A stretch of 64,000 nucleotides of DNA. It comes from Candidatus Falkowbacteria bacterium (GTDB lineage Bacteria > Patescibacteriota > Patescibacteriia > Patescibacteriales > UBA12465). Numbering within the stretch: position 1 is the stretch's first letter; each line of letters begins with the position of its first letter. Position numbers and translations under genes: made by a program. The stretch is from positions 293,730-357,729 of the forward strand of contig JBAXJX010000002.1 in the NCBI GenBank assembly GCA_037137655.1, read 5' to 3'. The notes beneath the pieces are model-generated. The model was not told where the DNA came from. It searched no databases and saw only the letters and a program-made list of their open reading frames with translations. Shown in pieces: positions 26,294-37,400 of the stretch.

Positions 26294-27775
26294 ATGGTAA
26301 AAATATTTACAAATTTTAGTGATTTAAAAATTTCTCGAAAAATTTTTTTAACTTTTTTCACGTTGTTTTTTTTAGCAATTACTAGTTTGATTCTCAACAA
26401 CTATATATTTTTTAATGAGGCGGTACATCGCGTCGTTGAAGCTAAGGCGGATTATGGCAATCGGCAGTTTTATAGTGCCATATCTAACCAATTTGACGTG
26501 CTATCAGCTCTCTCAGGCTCAGCCGGTGATGATGCTAAACTCCAGTCTTTATTTATTGCTGGTGATCGTGAAGCTTTGTATTCATACACCAAGCCACTAT
26601 TTGAAACATATAAATTGCGCTATGGAATTTCGGGTTGGTATTTTCTTGATTTAAACGGACAAAGAGTTTTGCGCGTTCAGCAAAAAGATTTATTTGGCGA
26701 CATTGATAATACGGAATTATTTAAGGGGGCGCAATCCAGTTCTGAGGCGGTTTATGGTTTTGGTATGAATGAAAAGGCTTTTTCCTTTCGAGTGGTTTCA
26801 CCTCTAAGTTATCAAGGTAAAGTTGTTGGCTATTTGGAGTTTGAAGAAGGCATTGACGATCTTCTTGCTCGCAGTGAAAAGAACTCTGATTTTAAATTTG
26901 CTTTTATTGCCAACAAGAAATATGTTGATAAAAATAATTTTTTCGTGAGCAAGAAAAAAGCAGCTTCACGTAATAATTGGGGTGATATGCCGGATGATGT
27001 GATGGTTAATAATATAGTTTATTCACCTGATCAAGATCAATGTTTTAGCGAGGACAATGTTAATAGTTTGCAAACGAAAAAGTTCACTTTTCAACAGATA
27101 AATTGGAGTGGTAAGACTGAGGAGTGTGCTGGTTTTTTATTCTTTTCACCCTATTATGAAGACCCTTTTAAGATCCTTTATTTGGTTGATGTGAGCGAAC
27201 AAGTTGGTCTGTTTAATCAAAATATGATCGTTGCTATAATATTTTTATTTATTACTTTGATTTTAGTAACACTGGCGATTGTTCTTGTTTCTCGCATGAT
27301 TACTGCGCCGATGCGTAGTCTATTGTCGGTTATTAGAAATTTTACCAAGGGTGATTTGAAGCGTCGTTTTGATCCGTCTGGTCACGATGAAACTGGTGAG
27401 TTGGGAGTAAATTTTAATTTAATGGCAGATGTTTTGGAAAAAAATAAAGTTGATTTGGAAAAGAAAAATATAGAACTACAAAATATTAATAATGATTTAA
27501 AAAACCAAGATGAAATTTTGGAAAAGAAAGTGGTTGAACGCACAGCCGACTTAATGGCCGAGCGTGACAATTTAGAAAAGAAGGTAACTGAACGTACTAC
27601 TGATTTAACAACCCTTAATAAATCTTTGGAGGAGCGCGTAGCCGAGCGCACAGTTGAATTACAAAAAAAGATTACTGAATTATCAAAGTTTAATCGCATC
27701 GCGGTTAATCGTGAGTTGAAGATGGTGGAACTTAAAAAGGAAATTAAGCAACTCAAAAACACTGATAAATTATAA
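26294..27775 (+). CDS. membrane sensor protein: extracytoplasmic domain, HAMP, coiled coil (no kinase domain)
   Basis: TM1 'IFLTFFTLFFLAITSLILNNYIFF', a ~270-aa external domain, TM2 'MIVAIIFLFITLILVTLAIVLV', HAMP 'APMRSLLSVIRNFTKGDLKRRF..ETGELGVNFNLMADVL'. Then three 'ERT..L' heptad-type repeats and 'NRELKMVELKKEIKQL'. Confidence 0.8.
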   Translation: MVKIFTNFSDLKISRKIFLTFFTLFFLAITSLILNNYIFFNEAVHRVVEAKADYGNRQFYSAISNQFDVLSALSGSAGDDAKLQSLFIAGDREALYSYTKPLFETYKLRYGISGWYFLDLNGQRVLRVQQKDLFGDIDNTELFKGAQSSSEAVYGFGMNEKAFSFRVVSPLSYQGKVVGYLEFEEGIDDLLARSEKNSDFKFAFIANKKYVDKNNFFVSKKKAASRNNWGDMPDDVMVNNIVYSPDQDQCFSEDNVNSLQTKKFTFQQINWSGKTEECAGFLFFSPYYEDPFKILYLVDVSEQVGLFNQNMIVAIIFLFITLILVTLAIVLVSRMITAPMRSLLSVIRNFTKGDLKRRFDPSGHDETGELGVNFNLMADVLEKNKVDLEKKNIELQNINNDLKNQDEILEKKVVERTADLMAERDNLEKKVTERTTDLTTLNKSLEERVAERTVELQKKITELSKFNRIAVNRELKMVELKKEIKQLKNTDKL

Positions 27776-27779
27776 TATT

Positions 27780-29591
27780 ATGCCAGAAGAAATTAAAGAT
27801 GAAAATAATTTGGAAGATAATATTAAGCTTGCTCAGTCTTCTGAACCGGAGGCTTATTTGCTGAAGATTTTGAAAGATGCACAGCAAGAAAAAAAGAGAT
27901 TGGAAGAACAAAAAATCGCTACTCTAAATATTTTAGAGGATATGAGCGAATCACAAGAAGAGCTCCGAATTAAATATCAGGAGGTAAAAATTATCAAAGA
28001 ATTGGTGCAGAGAATTGGCACTAGTTTTGATCCGATGGAAATTATTACCAATATTGCCAAATCGGTTTTGGGTGCTTTGCCGGATATGAAAATCGCTTGT
28101 GTTAATTTTTTGTCATTTGGACCGAACAATGTAAAAACAGTTATGTTTTTTAGTGATGGCGGTATTGGTGTTGATTATATGGCAGCTGTAAAAAACAGCT
28201 TATTTGAATTTATTGGTACCCAAAAAACATTGTTAGCTGATGAATGGACGATGAAGGAATGGAAAAATTATAGTAATATTGAAGCTAAGATTGTGATGGG
28301 CATTGCCGAGATTACTCCATCTTTGCCGGTTAACAGTGTAAATATTCCAATTAATATTGAAGGTTTAATTTCTGGTTTTTTTAATTTTTCCTCACCTCAC
28401 AATTCTATTTCCGATCGAGAGATTAGCTTTTTTTCTGAATTGCTTGATAGCGCCGCTCAAACGGTTGTCCATTTGCGCCAATTAGTTTTTTCTGAGCACT
28501 CTCGTCTGCGTGATTTAATTCAAAGCATGACTAATGGTGTTTTAAGATTTGATAGTGACTGGCTTATTACAGCGGTTAATCCAATTTTTTTGAAGATGGT
28601 GGCAAAGTTGGATGTTGGTTATAACCTTAAAGAATTTTTAGAATATTTTACAGAACAACAACGAGCTGCTACCACCAAAGAACTGGATTTAAAATATTGT
28701 ATTGAAAAAACTTTAAAAAGCGGCCGTCCAACTTTTATTGATGAGGTTTATTTTAATAAGTCGGTTTTTCAAGTTTCAGTTGTGCCGGTACATGATTATG
28801 TTGGTCGAGTTACTGGCGGTGCGATTATTTTACACGATATCACACATATTAAAGAAATCGATCAACTTAAAACAGAGTTTGTGTCCGTGGCTTCACATCA
28901 ACTTCGTACGCCATTAACAGCCATAAAACTTTTTGTGGAAATGCTTTTGGGTGATGACGTTGGCCCTTTAAATGCTGATCAAAGAGATTATCTTACTAAT
29001 ATTCAAGAATCATCTTTACGTATGATTCGTTTGGTTAATAATTTGTTGAATGTTTCTCGCATTGAAACTGATCGTTTAAAAATTGAACCGGAAGATACTG
29101 ATATCGTGGCTTTTGTGACTCAAGCTATTGATGAAATTATTAGTCTGGCCGAACTTAAAAAGTGTAAGATAAAGTTTAATAAGCCAAAATTGGATATAAA
29201 AATTTTATCAATCGATCAAACTTTAATGCATCAGGTTTTTCATAATTTGTTAACTAATGCTATAAATTACTCTAAACCAAGTGGCGGAAATATTATTATT
29301 GAAATGTCTGAAACTCATGAAGATGTTATAATTTCCGTAAAAGATGATGGTATTGGTATTCCACTAATTGCACAAAAGAAAATTTTTCAGAAATTTTTCC
29401 GAGCCGATAATGCCGCTAAAGCTTCAACTGAAGGATCGGGTTTAGGCATGTATGTTGTTAAAATGATTATTGAGGCTTCGGGTGGTAGAATTTGGTTTGA
29501 GTCACAGGAAAATGTGGGCACAGCTTTTTATGTTGCGATCAAAAAAACAGGTATGAGACGGAAGGAAGGGGAGAAGGCTTTGGTTGCCTAA
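27780..29591 (+). CDS. cytoplasmic sensor histidine kinase (GAF/PAS-like N-terminus, HisKA, HATPase_c)
   Basis: H-box 'FVSVASHQLRTPLTAI', N-box 'HNLLTNAINYS', G1 'VKDDGIGIP', G2 'GSGLGMYVV'. No TM helix. Starts 4 nt after the sensor gene. Confidence 0.9.
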   Translation: MPEEIKDENNLEDNIKLAQSSEPEAYLLKILKDAQQEKKRLEEQKIATLNILEDMSESQEELRIKYQEVKIIKELVQRIGTSFDPMEIITNIAKSVLGALPDMKIACVNFLSFGPNNVKTVMFFSDGGIGVDYMAAVKNSLFEFIGTQKTLLADEWTMKEWKNYSNIEAKIVMGIAEITPSLPVNSVNIPINIEGLISGFFNFSSPHNSISDREISFFSELLDSAAQTVVHLRQLVFSEHSRLRDLIQSMTNGVLRFDSDWLITAVNPIFLKMVAKLDVGYNLKEFLEYFTEQQRAATTKELDLKYCIEKTLKSGRPTFIDEVYFNKSVFQVSVVPVHDYVGRVTGGAIILHDITHIKEIDQLKTEFVSVASHQLRTPLTAIKLFVEMLLGDDVGPLNADQRDYLTNIQESSLRMIRLVNNLLNVSRIETDRLKIEPEDTDIVAFVTQAIDEIISLAELKKCKIKFNKPKLDIKILSIDQTLMHQVFHNLLTNAINYSKPSGGNIIIEMSETHEDVIISVKDDGIGIPLIAQKKIFQKFFRADNAAKASTEGSGLGMYVVKMIIEASGGRIWFESQENVGTAFYVAIKKTGMRRKEGEKALVA

Positions 29592-29636
29592 ACTTTTAAT
29601 TTTTGTTAAGATAATAAGGAATAATAAAAAAAATAT

Positions 29637-30011
29637 ATGAAAAACGGACAAGGAAAAATTTTATTAGTCGAGGATGATAAGTTTATTTCTCGCGCTTTTA
29701 AAGACGGCTTGACTCGTGCCGGGTTTGAAGTAATTCAGGCCATGGATGGAGTCGAAGCTTTAGAGAAAGTTAAAACCGAAAGCCCTGACTTGATGTTGTT
29801 GGATTTAATTATGCCAACTAAAAATGGTTTTGATGTTTTGGAAGAAATGAATGCTAAAAATTTAAAAAAATTTCCAGTAGTAATTTTATCAAATTTAGGA
29901 CAAGAGCTTGATATTAAGAGATCTAAAGAGCTCAACGCTGATGATTATTTGATAAAGTCAAACGTGACGTTAAAGGAAGTGGTGGATAAGGCGAAGTCTT
30001 TTTTGAAATAA
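29637..30011 (+). CDS. stand-alone response-regulator receiver (CheY/PilH-like)
   Basis: 124 aa: 'ILLVEDD', phospho-acceptor context 'DLMLLDLIMP', 'VVILSN', 'DYLIKS'. No output domain. Confidence 0.9.
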   Translation: MKNGQGKILLVEDDKFISRAFKDGLTRAGFEVIQAMDGVEALEKVKTESPDLMLLDLIMPTKNGFDVLEEMNAKNLKKFPVVILSNLGQELDIKRSKELNADDYLIKSNVTLKEVVDKAKSFLK

Positions 30012-30035
30012 TTTTTAGATCCTTAACTTTAAGCT

Positions 30036-31727
30036 ATGTTGGTAACCAACTCCAAGTTACACGAATTATTAGTCGACCGTGGATATATATCTGAGGCCGA
30101 TTTTAATGCTGCCATAACTCGGGCGGAGGCGGAAAAAAGTAGTGTGGAAGAGGCTTTATTTGGCGCTGATTTAATTCATGACGATCAATTGGGCCGTTTG
30201 GTGGCAGATGATTTTGGTTATCGTTTCATTGAACTCAAAAGAGAAAATATTGATCAAGAAGTTTTTGCCTTAATTCCAGAATCAATGGCGGTGTCTCGTG
30301 GTATTGTGGCACTTGGTCATGATGGAGATTCATTTAAGGTTGGTATGCGCAATCCGGATGACCTAGAAACAATTTCGCTAATTGAAAAACGTTTAGGTGG
30401 ACCGATTATACCATATTATATTACAGCGCGTGATTTTGAAGATAGTGTCTTTAAATATAAAAGTGGTTTGTCTGGTGAGTTTAAGGGAATTATAAAAACT
30501 TTAAAAGATAAAAATACTAAGCGAGAAGTTAAGGATGAGCTAATCGTAAAAATTGTAAATATTCTTTTAACTTATGGTTACAAGGATAATGCGTCTGATG
30601 TGCACATCGAACCTTATGCTAGCAAAATTGTTATTCGCTTTCGTGTTGATGGCGTGATGAGTGATGTTTTGGAAATTCCGAAAGAGTTGGCCGAATTTAT
30701 CGTGGCGCGTATCAAGATTTTAGCGAAGTTAAGAATTGATGAACATCAAACTGCACAGGACGGAAAATTCCGCTATGATGTTGGTGGAGAAGTCTTTGAT
30801 GTTCGTGTTTCCATTTTGCCGGTGAGTAATGGTGAAAACGTAGTGATGCGTTTGTTGTCCGCTAAAAATCGTCAAATTGGTTTGCTTGATTTAGGTTTGG
30901 CGGAAAAAGATTTAAATAAGGTTAAAAAGATGGCAGCCTTTCCTCATGGTATGATTTTGGCGGTGGGACCAACTGGTGCTGGTAAAACCTCCACTCTGTA
31001 TTCTATTTTGAAAATTTTAAACACGCGTGATGTTCATATCTCCACGATTGAAGATCCAATTGAATATAATATTGAAGGTATTTCGCAAATTCAAGTTAAT
31101 GCCAAGGCTAAGTTAACTTTTGCTAAAGGTTTGCGTTCTATTTTGCGTCAAGATCCGGATGTGATCATGGTCGGAGAAATTCGTGATGAAGAAACGGCGG
31201 ATATCGCTATCAACTCAGCTTTGACTGGTCACTTGGTGTTATCAACTTTACATACCAATAATGCTGTTACTTCTGTGCCACGTTTGATTGATATGAAAAT
31301 CCAACCATTTATTTTGGCTTCGACTATGAATTTGGTTATTGCTCAAAGATTGGTGCGTAAAATTTGTGAAACCTGTCGCGAATCTTATGTGGCTGATGAT
31401 GCTACAGTGGAATTAATTCACACTGATCCGCTTGTCGAAGAAATTTTGAAAAATACTGGACACAAAGATTTTAAGAAAATTCGTTTTTATCGTGGCGCTG
31501 GTTGCCGCGCTTGTAATAATAGTGGCTACACTGGTCGTATCGGTGTTTTTGAGGTTTTAGAAATTAGTCCTAAGATTAAAGATTTGATTTCCAAGCAAGC
31601 CTCAGATGATGAAATTATGGTGGTGGCTAAATCAGAGGGCATGACCACGATGTTAGAGGATGGTGTTAATAAAGCATTAAACGGTTTAGTGTCGCTAGAA
31701 GAGGTGATTAAGAATGTTAAAGAATAA
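30036..31727 (+). CDS. pilB: type IV pilus assembly ATPase PilB (GspE family)
   Basis: N-terminal T2SSE_N-type domain, Walker A 'VGPTGAGKTSTLYS', 'RQDPDVIMVGEIRD', tetracysteine 'CETC..CRAC'. Confidence 0.9.
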   Translation: MLVTNSKLHELLVDRGYISEADFNAAITRAEAEKSSVEEALFGADLIHDDQLGRLVADDFGYRFIELKRENIDQEVFALIPESMAVSRGIVALGHDGDSFKVGMRNPDDLETISLIEKRLGGPIIPYYITARDFEDSVFKYKSGLSGEFKGIIKTLKDKNTKREVKDELIVKIVNILLTYGYKDNASDVHIEPYASKIVIRFRVDGVMSDVLEIPKELAEFIVARIKILAKLRIDEHQTAQDGKFRYDVGGEVFDVRVSILPVSNGENVVMRLLSAKNRQIGLLDLGLAEKDLNKVKKMAAFPHGMILAVGPTGAGKTSTLYSILKILNTRDVHISTIEDPIEYNIEGISQIQVNAKAKLTFAKGLRSILRQDPDVIMVGEIRDEETADIAINSALTGHLVLSTLHTNNAVTSVPRLIDMKIQPFILASTMNLVIAQRLVRKICETCRESYVADDATVELIHTDPLVEEILKNTGHKDFKKIRFYRGAGCRACNNSGYTGRIGVFEVLEISPKIKDLISKQASDDEIMVVAKSEGMTTMLEDGVNKALNGLVSLEEVIKNVKE

Positions 31728-31744
31728 ATTTAAATATAAAAAAT

Positions 31745-32920
31745 ATGGCAAAAGAAATGTCCGCACAAAATATTGGTTCGGCCGACTCCTCGGCTAGTGG
31801 ATCGTTTTCAAGCTCGGCAAAAAAATTAGCAGCACCAAAAGAACATAAATTGGAAAAAATGTTTAACATTAATCTTGGTGGCGGCAAAGTTAATATTTCT
31901 CAAAAAGCGGTTTTTGCTAAAAATATGGCGATCATGTTGCGCTCTGGTTTAAATATTTCTGAAGCCCTAGATATTATTGCCAGTTCTTCTTCGGGATATT
32001 TTAGAAAAGTTATCATGGATATTTATGAATCGGTTTCTTCTGGTAATTCTTTTTCCAATTCTTTGGCGCGTTTTCCAAGAATTTTCTCAGGCATGTTTAT
32101 TAATACAACTTATGCCGGTGAATCGTCTGGTACTTTAGAGGCTAACTTTGAAGCAATTGCTGTTCAACTTGAAAAAGATAAAGAATTATCTTCTAAAATT
32201 AAGCAGGCTTTAATGTATCCAGTTATTGTGTTGGTGGCCGCTTTGGTTTTGGGTTTAGGTATTTCATTTTTTGTCTTACCGCAAATTGTGGTGTTGTTTC
32301 AGGGTATGCGCACTGAATTGCCACTGTCCACTCGAATGTTAATTGGTTTTGCTGATTTCATGCGTAACTATGGTGGAATTTTTATTATTTTTTTAATGGT
32401 GTTTGCTATTTTTATGGCGTGGTTATTGCGTCAGAAATTTGTTAAACCATTTACTCATGCTCTCGCTTTAAAAACTCCAATCATCAGTGGTCTAACTCGT
32501 GGTGCAAATTTATCTCATTTTTGCCGCAACTTAAGTTTGTTGTTACAGAGTGGTATTAGTATTGATCGTTCTCTTAAAATTACTAAAGATACTTTGAGTA
32601 ATTATTATTATAGTAAGGCAGTAGAAGAAATTTCTTCTCGGATTAGTAAGGGTATGTCACTTTCTGATGATTTGCGCCAATACCAAAATTTATTTCCGCC
32701 GATGATGATTAAAATGATTATGGTGGGTGAACGCTCTGGCCAAATGGAAGATACTTTAACTTATCTCTCTAATTTTTATGAAGGCGATGTGGATACTTCC
32801 GCTAAAACCTTAACGGTGATTATTGAACCGATTCTACTTTTATTTATTGGTGCGATTGTCGCCTTTTTAGTGTTATCAATTATTACTCCGATTTACAACG
32901 TGACCGGCAACATGAAATAA
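31745..32920 (+). CDS. pilC: type IV pilus platform protein PilC (GspF family)
   Basis: Two T2SSF-type repeats ('FAKNMAIMLRSGLNISEAL', 'FCRNLSLLLQSGISIDRSL') and three TM helices. Confidence 0.9.
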   Translation: MAKEMSAQNIGSADSSASGSFSSSAKKLAAPKEHKLEKMFNINLGGGKVNISQKAVFAKNMAIMLRSGLNISEALDIIASSSSGYFRKVIMDIYESVSSGNSFSNSLARFPRIFSGMFINTTYAGESSGTLEANFEAIAVQLEKDKELSSKIKQALMYPVIVLVAALVLGLGISFFVLPQIVVLFQGMRTELPLSTRMLIGFADFMRNYGGIFIIFLMVFAIFMAWLLRQKFVKPFTHALALKTPIISGLTRGANLSHFCRNLSLLLQSGISIDRSLKITKDTLSNYYYSKAVEEISSRISKGMSLSDDLRQYQNLFPPMMIKMIMVGERSGQMEDTLTYLSNFYEGDVDTSAKTLTVIIEPILLLFIGAIVAFLVLSIITPIYNVTGNMK

Positions 32921-32927
32921 TTTTTGT

Positions 32928-34403
32928 ATGATTAAAAAAAACAAAAACTTGCGCGGTTTTTCCTTGGTGGAAATGTTGATAGTTGTGGCGATTGTCTCAA
33001 TCTTGGCTGCAGCATCTTTGCCGGTGTATAGTAATTTTTATGGTCGCGCCCAACTTAATGAAGGTTCGCTTGCTATTACACAAGCCTTGCGCCAAGCCAG
33101 GGAATCAAGTTTTGTCCGTTATAATAATTCTAATTACGGTGTTAAATTTTTATCAAATAGCTATGTTCTTTATACTGGAACATCTTATGCTTCACGCACG
33201 ACTAGCTCGGATTTAACTTATAGTTTAGATAAATCTTTATCTATAACGACCACGCTAAGTAATAGTGAAGTAAATTTTTCCAAGGGGTTGGGCAAGCCAA
33301 ACACTAGCGGTACAATCACTTTAACTAATGTTACCTTAGGGGATAAAGTTGTCAGTGTTAACTCTAGCGGCTTGATTGGACTTGGCGCCTCCTGGTCTCT
33401 TCCTTCATGGTCTTATCGTCGCACTCTTACCATTAATCATAATTATGTTTCTAGTTCGCTCGCTAACTTTCCAGTTTTAGTTTCTGTTTCTGGCCTTTCT
33501 AATGTAAATTCAGATGGCTCTGATATTGTGTTTACTGCCTCTGATGGCGTTACCAGGCTACCAGCCGAAATAACATCATATAATTCTAGCACTGGATCAC
33601 TTGTAGCTTGGGTTAAGATGAGTCTTGTAAAATATAGCGCCAGTTCGGCCGATGATATTTTTTATATGTATTATGGAAATCCTTTAGCGGCGACTCCGGC
33701 TGCTAATTCTACTTATGGATCGCAAAATGTTTGGACATCTTATTATGGCGGCGTGTGGCACTTAGATGATTCAGCTAATGAATCAGTTGGCGCTTATAAT
33801 GGCACTCCTGCTAATACCACTAATGTCGCCGGAAAGATTGGTGACGCACTCAGTTTTATAGCAGCCTCAAGTTCTAGTGTTACTCTGCCAGTAGCGCCAT
33901 TTTCCGGCATTACAACAGAGGTAACTATTTCCGCTTGGCAATATGGTGCTACTGTTCAACCAGCACAGGGTGTCTTTTTTTATGCCAATTCGGCTGACGG
34001 TCTAAGACAATTTAATATTCATATACCATGGAGTGGTAGCGTTTATTGGGACGCTTTTGGTACGGTTGGTGTTTATGATAGACTTCAAAAGGCGGCGATC
34101 GTATCTGAATATAAAGGCCAGTGGAATTACTGGAGTTTTGTTAAGAATCAAGCTACTGGTGATATGAAAATATACTTAAATGGAAATTTATGGGCTTCTG
34201 GTACAGGAAAGGTTAAGACATATCAAACAATTGTTTCTGCGATTTTGCAAAATGGATCTTCATGTAACGATGGCTATGTTGACGAGTTCCGAGTTTCGAA
34301 TACTGCGCGTAATGCTGATTGGATTGCCACTGAATATAATAATCAATCAGCACCATCATCTTTTATTACCATGGGAAGTCAAGGAACAATATCAACTCAA
34401 TAA
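32928..34403 (+). CDS. prepilin-type minor pilin carrying DUF2341 and LamG (concanavalin A-like lectin) domains
   Basis: 'NLRGFSLVEMLIVVAIVSILAA' class III signal. DUF2341-like 'WSYRRTLTINHNYVSSSLANFPVLVSV..GSDIVFT..LPAEITSYNSSTGSLVAWVKM'. LamG 'GVWHLDDSANESVGAYNGT..GKIGDALSF..GYVDEFRVSNTARNADWIATEYNNQS'. Confidence 0.85.
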   Translation: MIKKNKNLRGFSLVEMLIVVAIVSILAAASLPVYSNFYGRAQLNEGSLAITQALRQARESSFVRYNNSNYGVKFLSNSYVLYTGTSYASRTTSSDLTYSLDKSLSITTTLSNSEVNFSKGLGKPNTSGTITLTNVTLGDKVVSVNSSGLIGLGASWSLPSWSYRRTLTINHNYVSSSLANFPVLVSVSGLSNVNSDGSDIVFTASDGVTRLPAEITSYNSSTGSLVAWVKMSLVKYSASSADDIFYMYYGNPLAATPAANSTYGSQNVWTSYYGGVWHLDDSANESVGAYNGTPANTTNVAGKIGDALSFIAASSSSVTLPVAPFSGITTEVTISAWQYGATVQPAQGVFFYANSADGLRQFNIHIPWSGSVYWDAFGTVGVYDRLQKAAIVSEYKGQWNYWSFVKNQATGDMKIYLNGNLWASGTGKVKTYQTIVSAILQNGSSCNDGYVDEFRVSNTARNADWIATEYNNQSAPSSFITMGSQGTISTQ

Positions 34404-34411
34404 TTAATAAA

Positions 34412-37400
34412 ATGAAAACAGTAAATATCAAATCAAAAAATAAACCAGCTATGTCGCTCGTGGAATTAATAATTGCCATGGCGATTTTTGCTTTGATTGT
34501 TATGGGTTTGACTGGGATGGCGGTCGGCGGTTATACAGCACTGGATCGCAGCGGTGAACAAACTGAAGCAGCTAGTTTGGCACAAGAGGGAATTGAAGCG
34601 GTGCGTGCGATTAAAAGCCAGGCTTGGAATAATTTATCTTATAGTACGAGCGGAGTGCAAATCGTTGGTGGCCAATGGGCGTTTACGGGCGAGGGTACGA
34701 CTGATACGATCGGTAGATATACTCGCACAATTAGCTTTGCCAATGTTTGCTTAAATAGTGACAATATTACTATTGCTGCTTGTCCAGCAGATCATGTTGA
34801 CCCGCTTTCTAAAATGGTGACGGTGGATGTAGCTTGGTCAGCTGGTACCAAAACTAGTCATGTTATTCGTCAACAATATTTAACTAATTATCTCGGTCAC
34901 TTTTTTAAACAAACTGATTGGGCAGGCAGTTCCGGCCAAAGTATTTGGTCGGTGGCTAATAAATATTTTAGTGATAATGCTAGTATTAATACGAGCACGG
35001 CTGGGCAAATTTCTTTGATTGCGGCGAGTGGCGCCACCTCAACAGCTAGCAATGATTGGACCTACACTAATGCCTCTGACTATACTTATAATTCTGGTTC
35101 AATTTCGGTGGCTGGCGGTTTGGCTCAACTAAAAATTGTGACTACGACACCCGACGCTTCAACCATGGGTTTGTGGCACATGAACGATGCTTCTGGTAAT
35201 TTTGTTGATTCCGGTCAGTATGCTTATAATTTAAATATTGGTGGAACTCCAACAACTTATGCGACTTCCGGTAAATTCGATACATCAATTTATTTCAATA
35301 ATAATGGCCAGGCTCGTGGTATCGTTGATGGTTCATCGACCAATTTAAGACTTACTGGGGCAAAGTGGACGGTCGAGGCTTGGGTTTATAAAACAGCTGC
35401 CGCCACTACCACTGAGACAATTTTGTCTAAGTGGAATGAGACCGGTAATATGCGAGCTTATATTCTATATATTGATTCTACTAACCACCCATGCCTTTGG
35501 TTATCTAATAATGGTGTTAACAACACTTTAACTTTGTGTTCACCTAATACTTTAACTCTAAGTCAGTGGGTACATATCGCAGCCGTTTACGATCAGGGTT
35601 CATCAAATATTACTTATTTATTTGTGGGCGGCGCCTTGCTTGCCCAAAGTAATTATTCTAATGGCAATTATAGTGCCACGGCCGCTAATTTTTATATTGG
35701 TGGTGCACAAAATTTTTCTGGCGCCAGCTCAACGTTTAGAGGAAAAATTGACGAAGTGCGTCTTTCTAATGTGGCGCGTTGGACCGCCGGATTTACACCA
35801 ACAACTACGCCTTATGCCTCATCTTATCCGACGACCTCACCATCAATTTACCAAACCAGTACTTACGCGACTACATCAGTTTTAAATTGGTCACATTTTA
35901 CAGAAACTGCCACTACTAATGGCGGATCAATTTCCTATCAGTTATCACCAGACAATAGTAATTGGTGGTGGTGGAATGGTTCGAAATGGGCGACAACTAC
36001 CAGTAGTTATAATACTTCCTCGGTTATTGATACTAATATTCCAACATTTACTACTTCCACTAATCAAATAAATGTTAAAGCTTTTTTAACTAGTAACGGT
36101 GCACAACTTGTGCAACTTGATAATATTAATATTGCTTATGTAAAACAAGGTGCGGCTGGATGCAGTCAGGTGCAAAATCCATATAGTTATGATTTTACTT
36201 TTGCTAATTCTACCGATTATACTTATAACGCAACAACTATTGAATTTGTGGCTGGCCAAGCTCAATTAAAATTGGTGAGCGCTGGTGCTGGTAATACGAT
36301 GGGTTTGTGGCATATGGATGACGCGAGTGGTAATTTTGTAGATTCTTCTGGTAGTGGTTATAATTTAAGCACTGCTTATGGCGCTGGTACACCAACTTAT
36401 GCGACTTCGGGTAAATTTAGCACTTCAATATTTTTTAATAAAGATTATGGTCGTGGTATTTTAAATGCTTCGGCGCCAAATTTACAAATCACTGGTCCGA
36501 TGACAATTGAAGCTTGGGTCTATAAACCATCAGCGTTAACTGGTTATAATTTTGAAGAGATTGCTGGAAAATGGAATGACACTTATAATGCGACCGATGG
36601 TTCTGCGGCAGCTTGTTATAATTTAGCGATGGATTATTCAGAAAAAGTCCGCTTCGATGTTTCTAGTAATGGTAATAATAATACTACTTATGTTATGTCT
36701 TCCGGGGCCCTACCCCTCGATCAATGGGTGCATTTAGCTGGTGTGTATGATGGTACTAATTTGTATATTTTTGTTAATGGTACTTTAAGTGGAACTTATG
36801 CTTATACTGCTGGTATTGCCAATAAAACCCAATCCAATTTTACCATTGGTTATACCCCAAGTTTTAATAGTGCGGCCTGGTATTTCGGTGGTAGAGTCGA
36901 TGAGGTGCGTGTGTCCAATGTTGCTCGTTGGACATCAACTTTTGTTCCATCGGCCTCAGCTTATTCTCCGGAGGGTGGTTCAGCTTATTCAACAACGTCA
37001 CCATCAGTTAATGCGACGGTTGGTTTTAGCACCTCTTCAGCAATAGCTAGTTGGACACATTTTACTGAAACGGCGACTGTTAATGGCGGATCAATTTCTT
37101 ATCAACTATCTTCTGATGGTGGAACAACGTGGACTTATTGGAATGGCTCATCCTGGGCTACGGCCGGAGCAGGCAATTATAATTCGGCTGCCGTAATTGA
37201 TACTAACATCCCAACATTCACGACCAGTACTAAACAAATTAATGCGCGGGCTTTTTTAACAAGTAACGGTGCGCAACTTGTGCAACTGGATAATATTAAT
37301 ATTTCCTACTTGGTTAATGGTGGAATGTTTTGCGGCGGTACTGGTTCACTTATTTCTTCAGCGATTAATATGAGTACAAGTTCAGCGGTTTCTGATATTG

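Noticed and set aside
27770-27785. Sensor plus kinase as a frameshifted pseudogene
   Set aside because: Both ORFs are long and intact. The second has its own ATG 4 nt after a clean TAA, and there is no homopolymer at the junction that would suggest an indel. I kept it as a split-gene observation instead.
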